64,000 nt of DNA, taken from positions 1 to 64,000 of the IMG/VR virus record IMGVR_UViG_3300046535_002009; one strand, 5' to 3'. Positions 1 to 9,840 of this stretch are shown piece by piece. The stretch comes from a virus. Within the stretch, counting starts at the first letter, position 1; every line of letters begins with the position of its first letter. The translations under genes were made by a program, and so were the position numbers. Under the pieces are notes generated by a model. The model saw nothing but the letters and a program-made list of their open reading frames with translations. It ran no database searches and was not told the DNA's origin.

Positions 1-85
1 TCGTGATCCGGACCGGTTCGAACGACAGGTCGGTGTCGACGGGCCGGGGCCGGGTGGCGGTGCTGGTGCGCTTGCGCGGGGGCAT
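1..85 (-). CDS. Probable tail assembly chaperone, 5' part (runs off window)
   Basis: ATG at 85 after AGGAG RBS (MPPRKRTST...); directly downstream of tail tube gene. Confidence 0.45.
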   Translation of the reverse strand, partial: MPPRKRTSTATRPRPVDTDLSFEPVRIT

Positions 86-118
86 GGCGGTCTCCTGGTG
101 CGGGGTGGAGGGTCGGGG

Positions 119-148
119 AGGGGCCCGGCGCCGGCGCGCCGGGCCCCT
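119..148 (-). terminator. GC-rich hairpin after tail tube gene
   Basis: AGGGGCCCGGCG-N6-CGCCGGGCCCCT, 12-bp stem. Confidence 0.55.
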
Positions 149-150
149 GG

Positions 151-717
151 TCAGGCCGTGGCCTCGATGAAGTGCACGGGCGCGATGGTGCTGCTCACGT
201 AGTGGCCGGAGAACTTGACCTTGTAGAGGGTCTGCTTGTCCTTCGTGTAGGCCATGGCCACGGCGTCGGTGGACAGGGTCTTGCGGAGGATGGCGCGGCG
301 CTTGAAGCTGTTCGCGCCCCAGCCGTCGAACAGGAGGGCCGTGTAGTTGGGCTGCGTCGCGGAGCTCGCGAAGAGGGGCTCCAGCGTCTTGTAGCCGGCG
401 CCGCTGGCCGTGGTGGAGCCGTTGAGGGTGACGGAGAGGTTCTCCAGCGTGGCCTCGGCGAGTCCGGTTTCGATCGTCAGCTCGCGCTTGGTGAGGCGGG
501 AGCCGGCCCGGTCGACGATCTGGTCGCACTCCAGCGCCGTGTAGGTCTGGTTGATGGACAGGGTGACGCCGTCCTGGGTGCCGCCCATGTCGGTCCAGGC
601 GGACGCGGCGGGGGTGGCGTTGATCGCGACGTTGGTGTCGGCCGGCTCGGTCGCGCCGAAGGCGCCCTGGTAGAGGGTGGCCGGGCCGAGGATGAGGTTG
701 GCGGTGGTCACGGACAT
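151..717 (-). CDS. Major tail tube protein
   Basis: WTDMGGTQDGVTL motif typical of tail tubes; position after tail terminator. Confidence 0.8.
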   Translation of the reverse strand: MSVTTANLILGPATLYQGAFGATEPADTNVAINATPAASAWTDMGGTQDGVTLSINQTYTALECDQIVDRAGSRLTKRELTIETGLAEATLENLSVTLNGSTTASGAGYKTLEPLFASSATQPNYTALLFDGWGANSFKRRAILRKTLSTDAVAMAYTKDKQTLYKVKFSGHYVSSTIAPVHFIEATA

Positions 718-802
718 GCGGCGGTCCTCCGGTGGGGTGCGGTGGTTGCGGCGCGGGCCGGGGCGGAGGGGTCCTCGGCGGGCGGGATCGTGGTGGCGGG
801 GG

Positions 803-1030
803 TCATCGGTAGTCCTCCCGCCGCAGGGGGAAGCGGTGGGCGGCGAACTGCGGGAGGTGCGGGAGGTCGATGGTGTCCTCGGGCGGGATCGACTTCGGGC
901 ACTCCACGACCTTGGCGTTGGCGATGAGGAACTCGAGCTCGCCGCGGTGGTTGTGGACGATGGTCCGGCCGCGCCAGGACAGGAGGGTGTGGCTGACCTC
1001 GCCGAGGAGGGCGTAGCGTCGGGCGGTCAT
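803..1030 (-). CDS. Hypothetical phage protein
   Basis: ATGA-coupled to upstream gene; plausible codon usage. Confidence 0.6.
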   Translation of the reverse strand: MTARRYALLGEVSHTLLSWRGRTIVHNHRGELEFLIANAKVVECPKSIPPEDTIDLPHLPQFAAHRFPLRREDYR

Positions 1031-1476
1031 TGGGCAACCTCCACCCAGTTGAGGGCGAGGCCGAGTTCGATGCGGGCGTAGGAGGCCTCGTCGTCGGGGA
1101 CTCGGCGCGGCTCGTAGGCGGTGTACGCGGACAGGACGCGGGCCGCCGGGTAGTTGGCCGGCAAGGTGAGCAGGCGCGGGGTGTCATGGCTGTCGTAGGT
1201 CGCGGCCTGGATGCGCTCGGCCAGCGCGGTGGCCTTGTTCCACGGGGGCTTGTTGGAGCTCGAGGCGACGGCCCAGCAGGTGACGGAGACGACCGGCGAG
1301 CGCAGCGGTACGTAGAGGCCGGCGGCGCCGCCGACGGTGGCGAGCGTGCAGAATCCGGATGCGGCCCAGGTGGCATTGCCGCGGGGCAGGGTCGTGGCGA
1401 CGATGTCGCCGACCACGCCGCGGAGCCAGGCCTGGGCGACGAGTTCGGTGGTGGCGCGCAGCAGGGTGGGCATCAC
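1027..1476 (-). CDS. Tail terminator/completion protein
   Basis: Size and synteny between gp10-like gene and tail tube. Confidence 0.65.
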   Translation of the reverse strand: MMPTLLRATTELVAQAWLRGVVGDIVATTLPRGNATWAASGFCTLATVGGAAGLYVPLRSPVVSVTCWAVASSSNKPPWNKATALAERIQAATYDSHDTPRLLTLPANYPAARVLSAYTAYEPRRVPDDEASYARIELGLALNWVEVAQ

Positions 1477-1829
1477 AGCTCCCTCGTCTGGAGGAGAGCG
1501 GGCCGCAGGAAGGGCTGGGCGGGGGTGCCCGGGTGGCGCACGTAGGCGACGGGGTGGGCGGCGCCCTCCCAGAAGAGGGCCTTCGCGGTGCTGGGCCGGA
1601 TGATGTGGGGTCCGGTGCCGTATTCGACGTAGCGCCAGTAGGTGACGTCGGTGCCGATGCGGGCGGTGAGGCCGACGGTGTCGTGGAAGATGCTGGCCTT
1701 GAGGCGGCCGTTGCGGACGGGCGCGAGTGCGCGGGCGTCTTCGGCGATGGCGGCGGCGATCTTGTCGAGGGCGGCGTGGAGGGCGGCGTCGAGGTGCTGG
1801 TCCGCGCTCGGGTCGAGCCTGATCGTCAT
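1473..1829 (-). CDS. HK97 gp10-like neck protein
   Basis: APVRNGRLKASI, YVEYGT, AQPFLRPAL motifs; start re-picked at MTIRLD. Confidence 0.85.
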   Translation of the reverse strand: MTIRLDPSADQHLDAALHAALDKIAAAIAEDARALAPVRNGRLKASIFHDTVGLTARIGTDVTYWRYVEYGTGPHIIRPSTAKALFWEGAAHPVAYVRHPGTPAQPFLRPALLQTREL

Positions 1830-1903
1830 CGCCGCCGTCCTCTCCGGATCTCGTGGCGTGTGCTGGGTGGCCGCCCGGTCTCCCCGGGGCTGTGGCCGGT
1901 GCT

Positions 1904-2239
1904 TCAGTTGATGAGGGTGAGGTCCACGCGGAGCTCGGCTGTGAACCCGATCGCGGCGGGCTGGTTGACCTGGTCGACGCTGTAGATGCGGCCCGTGCTC
2001 TCGTCGCGGATTCGGTCGTCCTCGGTGACGTCGGTTCCGGCCGGGAGGCGGGCGATGGTGGTCCGGATGACGCGGGGTGTGCCGGATGCCGGGCCGCGGC
2101 TGGTGCGGGTCTGCTCGATCAGCGAGGCGGGGATGTTGGTCTGGGCGTCGGTGCCCGCCTCGGTGTCGCTGTCTTCGGCATCGCCGAACAGGGACACGCC
2201 ACCTCCACGCAGGACGGTGACGCGGGTGGTGGCGATCAC
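1904..2239 (-). CDS. Head closure (stopper) protein
   Basis: DVTEDDRIRD...YSVDQV pattern; synteny; GTG start overlaps upstream stop. Confidence 0.65.
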   Translation of the reverse strand: MIATTRVTVLRGGGVSLFGDAEDSDTEAGTDAQTNIPASLIEQTRTSRGPASGTPRVIRTTIARLPAGTDVTEDDRIRDESTGRIYSVDQVNQPAAIGFTAELRVDLTLIN

Positions 2240-2688
2240 GAGGTGTTCCCCATCTGCTGCCAGTTCTGGATCTCGTCGACGGACTCGCTGAGCGGGTTGA
2301 CGCCGAACCAGCCGACGCCGCCGTCGACGAACGGCGAGCGGATGTGGACGGTCCGGCTGCGCCGCCAGGAGCAGCGCTGGAGGGCGCGGCCGGCCATGGG
2401 GGCGAGGACGATCGCGTCGCCGGTGAAGTTGGCGCTGGTGCCGTCCTGCGTCTGGGCGGTGACGTCCATGCGCTGGGCGAGGCCGGGCTGTCCGGCGGCC
2501 CACGCGGCTTGGTAGGCGACGGCCTTGCCGAGCCAGTACAGGTCGCGGACGCGCAGCCGGTCGGTGTCGGTGAAGATGCGGCCGGAGATGACTTCGATGT
2601 CGGCCTGGGCCTGGGCGAGTTGCTGGTCGGTGACCTCGACACCGGTGGTGGTGAGGACGTCGGCGGCGCTCGCCCAGGCGTCGACCAT
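2236..2688 (-). CDS. Head-tail adaptor protein
   Basis: Synteny after capsid; AVAYQAAW helix. Confidence 0.65.
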   Translation of the reverse strand: MVDAWASAADVLTTTGVEVTDQQLAQAQADIEVISGRIFTDTDRLRVRDLYWLGKAVAYQAAWAAGQPGLAQRMDVTAQTQDGTSANFTGDAIVLAPMAGRALQRCSWRRSRTVHIRSPFVDGGVGWFGVNPLSESVDEIQNWQQMGNTS

Positions 2689-3110
2689 CAGTCCTCGCCG
2701 CCCTCGGGCGGGTTGAGGGTGCTGCGCGGGGTGGTGGTGGAGGCGGTGTCGTGGTCGATGGAGGAGGCGACGACGGGGACCGTGTAGGTGAGGACGACGG
2801 AGCGGCCGTCGGGGAGGTCGGTGGCGCCTTCGAAGACGATGTCGCCGTGCGGGTGCAGGCCGCGCTGGATCGCCTCCTGGGCGGCGGCGGCCTTATTCGC
2901 GGTGTGGGCGGTGTCGGAGATGTCGTTGTCGGCGCGGCCGAGGAGGACGAACTCCTTGACGTGGGTGAGGCCTTCGGAACCGTCCGGGGAGCGCTTGTCG
3001 ACCTCGGCCTCGTGGTGGCCGGCCCGGGCGGGGAACTCGGCGGCGCGGGTGGCGGCCGGGGCCGCCGGGGCCTGAGCCCCGGCGGTCGCGTTGGCCTTGC
3101 TCGCGGCCAT
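2688..3110 (-). CDS. Hypothetical virion protein
   Basis: TGATG coupling to capsid stop; MAASKANAT... Confidence 0.65.
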   Translation of the reverse strand: MAASKANATAGAQAPAAPAATRAAEFPARAGHHEAEVDKRSPDGSEGLTHVKEFVLLGRADNDISDTAHTANKAAAAQEAIQRGLHPHGDIVFEGATDLPDGRSVVLTYTVPVVASSIDHDTASTTTPRSTLNPPEGGED

Positions 3111-4027
3111 CAGGAGCCGGAGTTGTTCTCGACGATGCAGGCGCCGGCCGGGTGGCCGTAGGCGAAGCCGCGGCGGGAGCGCATCTTGAGCAGGGACTCG
3201 TCGGTGAGGGCGCTCGTGCCGTCCTTGCCGTCGATGAAGATGGACTCGGGGCCGGAGCGGACACCGAGGAGCATCAGCGACGGGTGGACGAAGAGGATCA
3301 GCGGGTTGCCGCCCGGGCGGGAGGACGCGGTCGCGGAGGTGCGGGCGCCCAGGGACCACTTGACCTGGTGGCCGAAGATGGTCGGCGGCGTGCCGGCCAG
3401 GCCCTCGACGAAGATGGGCTCGCCCTGCAGGTCCTTGACGTTGCGGAGCTTGGCCCGGAAGGACGGGTGCGCGACGGCGATGAGCTCGGACGGGTCGAAG
3501 TAGTCGCCGGACTCGACCTTGGACAGGCCGTTGGACAGCACGTCGTAGGTGATGCCGCCGGTGCCGCACTGGGTGATGTTGGAGCCGCCGGTGTAGCCGA
3601 GGCCGCTGTCGGTCTGGGAGAGCAGGTAGTACACCGACTTGAAGGGGACTCCGGTGCCCGGGGCGCCGGTGACGCCGAAGGAGGCGTTGTCGAGGATCTT
3701 GGCGTAGCTCGTCGACCAGTCGGTCATCTTGACCTTGATGATGTCGGCGAGGGAGTCGTCGATGTCCTCCTCGGCGATGCGGATCGCCTTGCCGAACTTC
3801 TTCGCGGTCAGGACCACGTCGTCGTTGGTGTTGGAGTCCTCGCCGTACGCGCCGCCCTTGTCGACGACGTCGACGTCCATGCCGGCGGACCGCGGCGTGG
3901 AGCGGGAGTTGCTGGCCATCGGGATGCGGGAGGCGACCGCCTCGACGACCGAGTTCTGCTGGATACGGGTGATGACCTCGGAGCCGAACTCCTCGGGGAT
4001 CCACGCCTCGAACGTTTCGCGTGCCAT
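3110..4027 (-). CDS. Major capsid protein (HK97 fold)
   Basis: WIPEEFGSEVI, VVLTAKKFGKAIRIAEEDIDDS, KLRNVKDLQGEPIF motifs. Confidence 0.92.
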   Translation of the reverse strand: MARETFEAWIPEEFGSEVITRIQQNSVVEAVASRIPMASNSRSTPRSAGMDVDVVDKGGAYGEDSNTNDDVVLTAKKFGKAIRIAEEDIDDSLADIIKVKMTDWSTSYAKILDNASFGVTGAPGTGVPFKSVYYLLSQTDSGLGYTGGSNITQCGTGGITYDVLSNGLSKVESGDYFDPSELIAVAHPSFRAKLRNVKDLQGEPIFVEGLAGTPPTIFGHQVKWSLGARTSATASSRPGGNPLILFVHPSLMLLGVRSGPESIFIDGKDGTSALTDESLLKMRSRRGFAYGHPAGACIVENNSGS

Positions 4028-4156
4028 GAGTGCCCTCCTGGGCGGGTGATGGGGTCGAGCGGAGAGGTGTTGGCTCGGGCCCCATCACGGGCGCCTCGGG
4101 CGTATCAGCGGTGCCCGGTCACCGGGCGGCTGAGGTGAAGGTACGGCGGGTGATCG

Positions 4157-5017
4157 TCAGCTCTTCAAAACTGCGGCGGCGTGACGCTCCCAGGTGCTCT
4201 TGGGCTTGTCCGGGGCGGGCTTCTTCGCGGCGGCGGTCGGCCGGGGCTTGAGCTTGGGCTGCTCGGTGACGGGCGCCTTGAAGAGTTCGGGGTAGTCGGC
4301 CTGCATTGCCTCGACCTGCTCGTCAAGGCCGAGGACCTCGCCGGTGTCGGAGTCGACGCTGACGTCGTTCATGTCGACGAGCTTGAGCAGGCGCCGGAGT
4401 TTGGCCTCGCCCTTCTCCTTGTCGCCCTCGGTCGAGGCGAGGGCGCCGGCCTGGATGAGCGCGGCCCGGGCGGCAGTGCGCACCAGCGGCTCCTTGAAGC
4501 GGCGCTCGCCGGCCTCGGCGGCCTCGCGGATCGCCTTCTCGGTCTCGGTCTCCGCGGCCGCGTTCTTGGCGCGCTCCTCGTTGAGCTGGCGCTGCAGGTC
4601 GAGCTTCTCGGTCTTGCGCGCTGCGAGGGTGCGCTTCATGCGCTCGTGGTCCTCGCGGCTGGGCGGCGTCCAGTCGCTGTCGGCCGCCGGCGCGGCTGGC
4701 GCAGGCTTGACCGCGGCCGTCTTCCGCGGGCCGGGCTTCGGCGTGACCTTGGCGGCCGGCTCTTCCTCGTCGTCGTCCTCGTCGGTGTCGGCGTCGCTCT
4801 CATCGGTCTCGTCGAGGTCGGTGTCCTCGCCGGCGTCGTCGACCTCGATGTCGTTGTCGTCGTCCTGCGCTCCGCCGGCGATGACGCGGATCGGGCGGCC
4901 GTCGGCGCGGTAGCCGATGACGGTCTGCGGGGGCAGGCTGATGCTGGGTCGTGCGGGTGCGGCTGCACCGATCACCGGGGCGTCCACGGCGGCCTCCATC
5001 ACGGGGGTTGCTGTCAT
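4157..5017 (-). CDS. Capsid scaffolding protein
   Basis: Acidic N-region, coiled coil, YPELF motif, upstream of capsid; TACGGT -10 lies 7 nt before the ATG (possibly leaderless). Confidence 0.8.
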   Translation of the reverse strand: MTATPVMEAAVDAPVIGAAAPARPSISLPPQTVIGYRADGRPIRVIAGGAQDDDNDIEVDDAGEDTDLDETDESDADTDEDDDEEEPAAKVTPKPGPRKTAAVKPAPAAPAADSDWTPPSREDHERMKRTLAARKTEKLDLQRQLNEERAKNAAAETETEKAIREAAEAGERRFKEPLVRTAARAALIQAGALASTEGDKEKGEAKLRRLLKLVDMNDVSVDSDTGEVLGLDEQVEAMQADYPELFKAPVTEQPKLKPRPTAAAKKPAPDKPKSTWERHAAAVLKS

Positions 5018-5055
5018 GGCGGGGACCGTAACCGCGGGCCTGGGCCGGGTTGTGA

Positions 5056-6093
5056 TCAGCCAGAGGTCTGCGCCCGGTAGGGGAAGCGGTGCTCGCGCAG
5101 GGCGCGGCGGGCGGCCTGCGCCACGGCGGAGGGGACGTCGCTGCCGTCGTCCAGGAGGCGGCGGGCGGCGCGCAGCCGGGCGGCCGGGGATTCCGACGGC
5201 AGGGACCAGCCGCGGCCGACGGCCTCCCTGGCCTGCCGGGTCAGGAGCGAGGGCAGGCCCTCGCCGCGCACGGGCCAGGCCTCGGACCACAGGGCGATCC
5301 GGCATCGGCAGTGCGGGTGCAGGGGCGGGGAGTGCAGCGGGTCCGCTTCCAGGTCGGCCTGCTGGGGGTCGAAGGACTGGCCGCCGGGGAAGTCCCCGGC
5401 GACGGTGGTGCTCTGGCCGGCGTAGGCCTGGCAGCGGACGCACGCGTTGAACTCGGCGGCCCAGACGCGGCGCAGGCGCAGCGCGGTGGCGACGTGGTTG
5501 ATGCCGGTGTTGAGGGCGTCGTTGACGGCCCAGGAGATAGCGGCGCGGGCGCGGGCGACGGCTCCGCGGGCGACGGCCATGCCGGCGGCGACGGCGGAGA
5601 ACCGGCGGCCGTCGATGACCTCGGTCGTGAGGAGGCGGGTGGCCTTGTCGAGTTGGTCGGCGACCATGGCGGGCAGGGCGTGGGCGGCGTCGGTGGTGCG
5701 TGCGAGGGCTCGGCCGGCGGCGCCGGTGGCCTTGCGGACGGCGCGGCCGGATCCGGCGGCGGCCAGTTCGCGGGCTTGCTGGGCGCCGAGGGCCAGGGCC
5801 TGCGGTAGGGCTTCGAGCAGGACCCGGCGGGCGCGGCGGCCGAGGCCGGCCAGGGCTGCGGTGACGCGTTCGCGGACGGCGGTGAGAAGCTCGTCCAGGG
5901 CGGTGCCGGTCCCGCGGTGGTCGAGGTCGCCGAAGGCCCGGACCCACAGGCCGGCGGCGTCCGCGATGGCGTCGGCCAGGCGCTGGTCGGCGCGGCCGAT
6001 TGCGTCCGCTGCCGTCTGGTCCTCCAGGGTGCGGGCGTCGTCGGTGTGCCGGCCGAGGGTGAGTTCGGCGAGCCGGGCCGCGGTGGTGCTCAC
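5056..6093 (-). CDS. Head morphogenesis protein (Mu gpF-like)
   Basis: CVRC and PPLHPHCRC motifs; follows portal. Confidence 0.85.
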   Translation of the reverse strand: MSTTAARLAELTLGRHTDDARTLEDQTAADAIGRADQRLADAIADAAGLWVRAFGDLDHRGTGTALDELLTAVRERVTAALAGLGRRARRVLLEALPQALALGAQQARELAAAGSGRAVRKATGAAGRALARTTDAAHALPAMVADQLDKATRLLTTEVIDGRRFSAVAAGMAVARGAVARARAAISWAVNDALNTGINHVATALRLRRVWAAEFNACVRCQAYAGQSTTVAGDFPGGQSFDPQQADLEADPLHSPPLHPHCRCRIALWSEAWPVRGEGLPSLLTRQAREAVGRGWSLPSESPAARLRAARRLLDDGSDVPSAVAQAARRALREHRFPYRAQTSG

Positions 6094-7664
6094 GCTGCGG
6101 CGGTCGTCTCAGGCGGCCCGAGGAGGGCGGTCATGATCGGGGTCAGGAGCTCCTGGACCTGACCCTCGTCGATCGCGCCGAGGGTGACCGCGGTGCCCAG
6201 GCGCTGTGCGATCTCGGAGAATGTGGCGATGTCGGCGAGGCGGCGGGTGAGTTCGGCCGGGTCGTCGATCTCGGACTCCAGCCAGGCCTTGACCTGGTCC
6301 TCGGTGTAGCCGCCCTCCAGGAGGAGCTGCCGGTCGGGCACGCCGCGCTCGGACTTGAGCTTGGCGGTGCTCCAGCCCTCGGCGTCCTCCAGGGCTGCGG
6401 CGGCCGCCCAGCGGACGTCGACGGGCGCGTCGATGCCGAGGACGTGGAGGCAGAAGCCGAAGAGGTCGCGCCACGTCGCGCCGTAGGACATCTGCCGGTT
6501 GCGGACCTTCTTCACGAACGGCGCCTCGTCCCTGCGCTGGCTCTCGCCGGACGGGGCGTGGCCGAGCAGCGCGGTCTCGAAGCGGCGCAGCGGGGTCTCG
6601 GTGAGGACTGCCATGGCCTTGATGTAGAAGGCGGCAGGGTCGAAGAAGACCTTGGGGTCGGCGGGCTGGAACTGTCCGACGGCCTTGTAGCCGCGCAGCA
6701 GCCACATCTCGCCGGGCCCCGATTTCAAGTTGCTGTCGTCGCCGGAGTCGACGGGGCCGAGGTCGCGGTCGGGCGGGAAGTCGGCCTCGTCGAAGTCGCC
6801 GGGGTCGAGGTCGCCGGTGTCGGTGGTCATGGCCTCGGTGAGGCCGTAGCGCTGAGGGAAGGCCTGGTAGTCGACGGTGTTGAGGTGGGTGACGATCAAC
6901 TTGTTGACGGCGTCCTGGCAGCCGTAGGCGGCCTCGTGCTCGGGCTGGCCGTACGGCATGTCGGTGCGGAAGTGGAAGACCGGGACCTCGCCCCAGGGGT
7001 GCGGGATCTCCCAGGAGTCCTCGTCGGCCGGCAGCGGCTCGGTGCCTTCCTCGTCGAAGGCGGCCGGGTCGGCGAGCCAGTGGTCCCAGTCCGTCTCCTG
7101 GTGGCCGGCGACGCCGGGCTTGGTGGTCCAGCGCTGGATCCGGTCGTCGTAGAGGAGCTCCGCGCGGACGACCTCGCCGAGGGCGGTGCGCTCGCACCAC
7201 CGCTTGATCGCGAAGTCCTTCACGCGCGGGTTCTCCTCGGAGTAGAGGATCCGCACGGTCAAGGGCGAGTTGTAGTGCAGCTCGACGCCGACAACGGCGC
7301 CGCGGTCGTCCTCGACCGGCCGGGCGATGACGTAGGCGTCGCCGTACTCCCCCGCGCGCCGGTGGACCTGCGGGGCCTCCAGGTCGAGCTGGTTGGCCTC
7401 CCACAGGGTCGCCAGGGCGGTAGCGGCGTCCGGGTCGGTGGAGGTGACGGCGGCGATCTCCAGGCGGTCGGTGATGGCGTTCACCGGGGTCTTGGCGTAG
7501 TTGAGGCGGTTGTGCATGCCGTTGCGCTGGAGCGCGCGCCGCACCCGCTGGCTGGAGAAGACCTCGTCGACACGGCCCACGTAGTAGGCGTGGGCCGTGT
7601 CGTAGTCGTGGCGGGTCAGGTTGAGCTCGGTGATGCCGGCCCACAGGTCGGTGCTCGCGGTCAC
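6090..7664 (-). CDS. Portal protein (SPP1 gp6-like)
   Basis: YYVG, LNYAKTPVNAITDRL, YGDAYV, AFPQRY, PSGES motifs. Confidence 0.92.
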   Translation of the reverse strand: MTASTDLWAGITELNLTRHDYDTAHAYYVGRVDEVFSSQRVRRALQRNGMHNRLNYAKTPVNAITDRLEIAAVTSTDPDAATALATLWEANQLDLEAPQVHRRAGEYGDAYVIARPVEDDRGAVVGVELHYNSPLTVRILYSEENPRVKDFAIKRWCERTALGEVVRAELLYDDRIQRWTTKPGVAGHQETDWDHWLADPAAFDEEGTEPLPADEDSWEIPHPWGEVPVFHFRTDMPYGQPEHEAAYGCQDAVNKLIVTHLNTVDYQAFPQRYGLTEAMTTDTGDLDPGDFDEADFPPDRDLGPVDSGDDSNLKSGPGEMWLLRGYKAVGQFQPADPKVFFDPAAFYIKAMAVLTETPLRRFETALLGHAPSGESQRRDEAPFVKKVRNRQMSYGATWRDLFGFCLHVLGIDAPVDVRWAAAAALEDAEGWSTAKLKSERGVPDRQLLLEGGYTEDQVKAWLESEIDDPAELTRRLADIATFSEIAQRLGTAVTLGAIDEGQVQELLTPIMTALLGPPETTAAA

Positions 7665-7738
7665 TGCTCCTCCAGGTCACCGGGCTGCATGATCGGCGTC
7701 ACGGTACGGGCGGGCCCGGCTGGGGCTGCGACGCGCGA

Positions 7739-9379
7739 TCAGGTGTAGGAGCGGCTGCTGGCGGAGGCGGGCGGGTCCTTCTTCGGGGGCTTGAGGAAGC
7801 GCAGGACCGCGTTGCCGACGGCGTCCACGAGGTCATCGTGCGGCGCCCGGGGAAAGCCGATGAGTTGGTCCTCCAGGGCGGGGATCTTGCGGGCGTGGAC
7901 GACGCGGGGCGGCAGCAGCTGGTACAGGGTGTGGACGCGTCCGGCCCGGACCTCCTTGGGTTCCTCGTTGTGCACCGTCACGACCTTGACGGGCATGCCG
8001 TGCAGGGTCTCCAGCCACTGGTCGCCGCCCTGGTTCGTCTCGATGAGGATCGCGCCGACCCACGGGTACTCGTCGAGGATTGCCAGGACCTTCTCCCGCA
8101 GGGCTGCGCCGCGGAGCTTCACTGCGAGCGCGAACTCCACAAGGCAGCGCGCGGGCTGGACCACGCGGCCGCCGTCGCCGCGCACGGGCGGGGCCATGGA
8201 GACGACGGCGAGCCCGGTGTAGTCGGAGGTGGTCTTGGTGGTGACGGCCGGGTCGATGGACAGATAGGTCCGGGTGACGGGGAAGGTCTCGAAGGTGATG
8301 TCGTCCTCGGTCCAGTACTCCGAGGCGGCGGCGTACGGGTCGTTGAGGAAGTTCTTCCGGTAGGAGCGGGTGTGCCGGATCCGCAGCAGGAAGGAGATCG
8401 GCCACTTCGCCGGCCACATGGAGCGCTCGGTGCCGTCGGTGCGCTCGACGATCGGCAGGTGGTGGTGGACGGTGAAGTTCTCCGCACCGATCCACTGGGT
8501 GTCCCGGTCGTCCGGGTCGAGCTCGCCCTTGAGGTGCTTCACGAGCTGGTGCGTGATGGAGCCGGGCATGGTGACGGTGCCGGAGAGGACCACGCTGGCG
8601 CGGACGTTGAGGGGCAGCACGGCGTCGATCACCGTGGTGAGCCGCTTGCGCATCTGGTAGGCGGAGTACGAGGACTCGTCCGGCTCGATGTCGTCGAGGA
8701 GCAGCAGGTCGGGGCGCAGCGCGCCGACCTTCATGCCGAGGGAGGAGCTGTCGATGCCCTTCGCGGCGAAGGTGAACCCGGACCGCGAGGTGTACATCGA
8801 CTTGGTGTCGGTCTCCCCCGACGTGCGCTGCCGCTTCCCCCACACGCACAGGTCGGGAAAGTCGCGGCGCAGTGCGCCGTTGGTCTTCAGCTCCTTGCGG
8901 AAGGTCTCCAGGTGCATCTCCGCCTGCGGCGCGGAGTCGGCGAAAGCCGCGGCGAACTTCTTCCAGCCCTGGGCGGCCGCCCACATCGGGAGCAGGAGCA
9001 GCCACCAGGTGGACTTGCCGCAGCCGCGCGGGGCGAGGAAGGCGTGCCGCTGCTCCTGGGGGCGGGTGACGGGGCGGGCCCATTCCAGGGCCAGGCGCAC
9101 CCATTCCAGGTGGGCGTCGGCGACGGAGAAGTGGCCGTCGTCGTCGCGCAGGTGGTGAGGGAAATACAGCAGCGCGAAGAGCAGCGGGTCATAGCGGGTC
9201 AGCTCGATGCGGATCTCGCGCTGCGCGGCGGTGCGGCCGGCGGGGCTGCGCGGGTTGTGCTGGATCGCCTCCCAGGGGATGGAGTCGATCCAGGCGTCGA
9301 GGTCGAAGGTCTCGGCGGTCGCGGCGAGGTCGTAGGGGTCGGCCGTGGTGTCGGTCGCAGGCAGGGTGGCCGTGGTCAT
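7739..9379 (-). CDS. terL: Terminase large subunit
   Basis: APRGCGKST Walker A, LLLLDD Walker B, SIDPA and HDDLVDA nuclease motifs. Confidence 0.93.
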   Translation of the reverse strand: MTTATLPATDTTADPYDLAATAETFDLDAWIDSIPWEAIQHNPRSPAGRTAAQREIRIELTRYDPLLFALLYFPHHLRDDDGHFSVADAHLEWVRLALEWARPVTRPQEQRHAFLAPRGCGKSTWWLLLLPMWAAAQGWKKFAAAFADSAPQAEMHLETFRKELKTNGALRRDFPDLCVWGKRQRTSGETDTKSMYTSRSGFTFAAKGIDSSSLGMKVGALRPDLLLLDDIEPDESSYSAYQMRKRLTTVIDAVLPLNVRASVVLSGTVTMPGSITHQLVKHLKGELDPDDRDTQWIGAENFTVHHHLPIVERTDGTERSMWPAKWPISFLLRIRHTRSYRKNFLNDPYAAASEYWTEDDITFETFPVTRTYLSIDPAVTTKTTSDYTGLAVVSMAPPVRGDGGRVVQPARCLVEFALAVKLRGAALREKVLAILDEYPWVGAILIETNQGGDQWLETLHGMPVKVVTVHNEEPKEVRAGRVHTLYQLLPPRVVHARKIPALEDQLIGFPRAPHDDLVDAVGNAVLRFLKPPKKDPPASASSRSYT

Positions 9380-9381
9380 GG

Positions 9382-9840
9382 TCAGCCTCCGGCGTCGCCC
9401 GGCTCGTACTGCTCGCGGCCGTCGAAGCTGTGGTGGGTGATCACCCAGCCGGTGCCGCTCGCGGTGGCCTCCGGCCGGGGCGTGGGCGCGCAGACGCAGT
9501 CCTCGGTGAACTCGTGGACGGCCTCGTCGTCGAGGGGGGCGACGTGGACCCGGCCGGGCGCGGACTCATAGACGACCCAGTGTCCGGCCGGCGGCTCGTC
9601 GGCCTCGTCGCCCATGTCGAGGTCGAACTCCTCCACGGCGACGGTCGCGCGCAACAGCGTCATACCGACCGGGGGCGGCACGTCGCTGGGGACGTCCGAG
9701 AAGGCGGGGCGGGTGACGGGCTGCCAGTCCTGCAGGGCCATCCGGTCCAGGATGTGCTGGCCGAGGGCGGCACGGTATCCGGGGTCGGCGGCGAGCCAGG
9801 ACGGGACGAGGGAGTCGAGGTAGTGGCGGGTGGCGCTCAC
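9382..9840 (-). CDS. Hypothetical protein (C-terminal HxxxxxCxC...HHSFDGRE)
   Basis: Coupled ORF between TerS and TerL. Confidence 0.65.
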   Translation of the reverse strand: MSATRHYLDSLVPSWLAADPGYRAALGQHILDRMALQDWQPVTRPAFSDVPSDVPPPVGMTLLRATVAVEEFDLDMGDEADEPPAGHWVVYESAPGRVHVAPLDDEAVHEFTEDCVCAPTPRPEATASGTGWVITHHSFDGREQYEPGDAGG

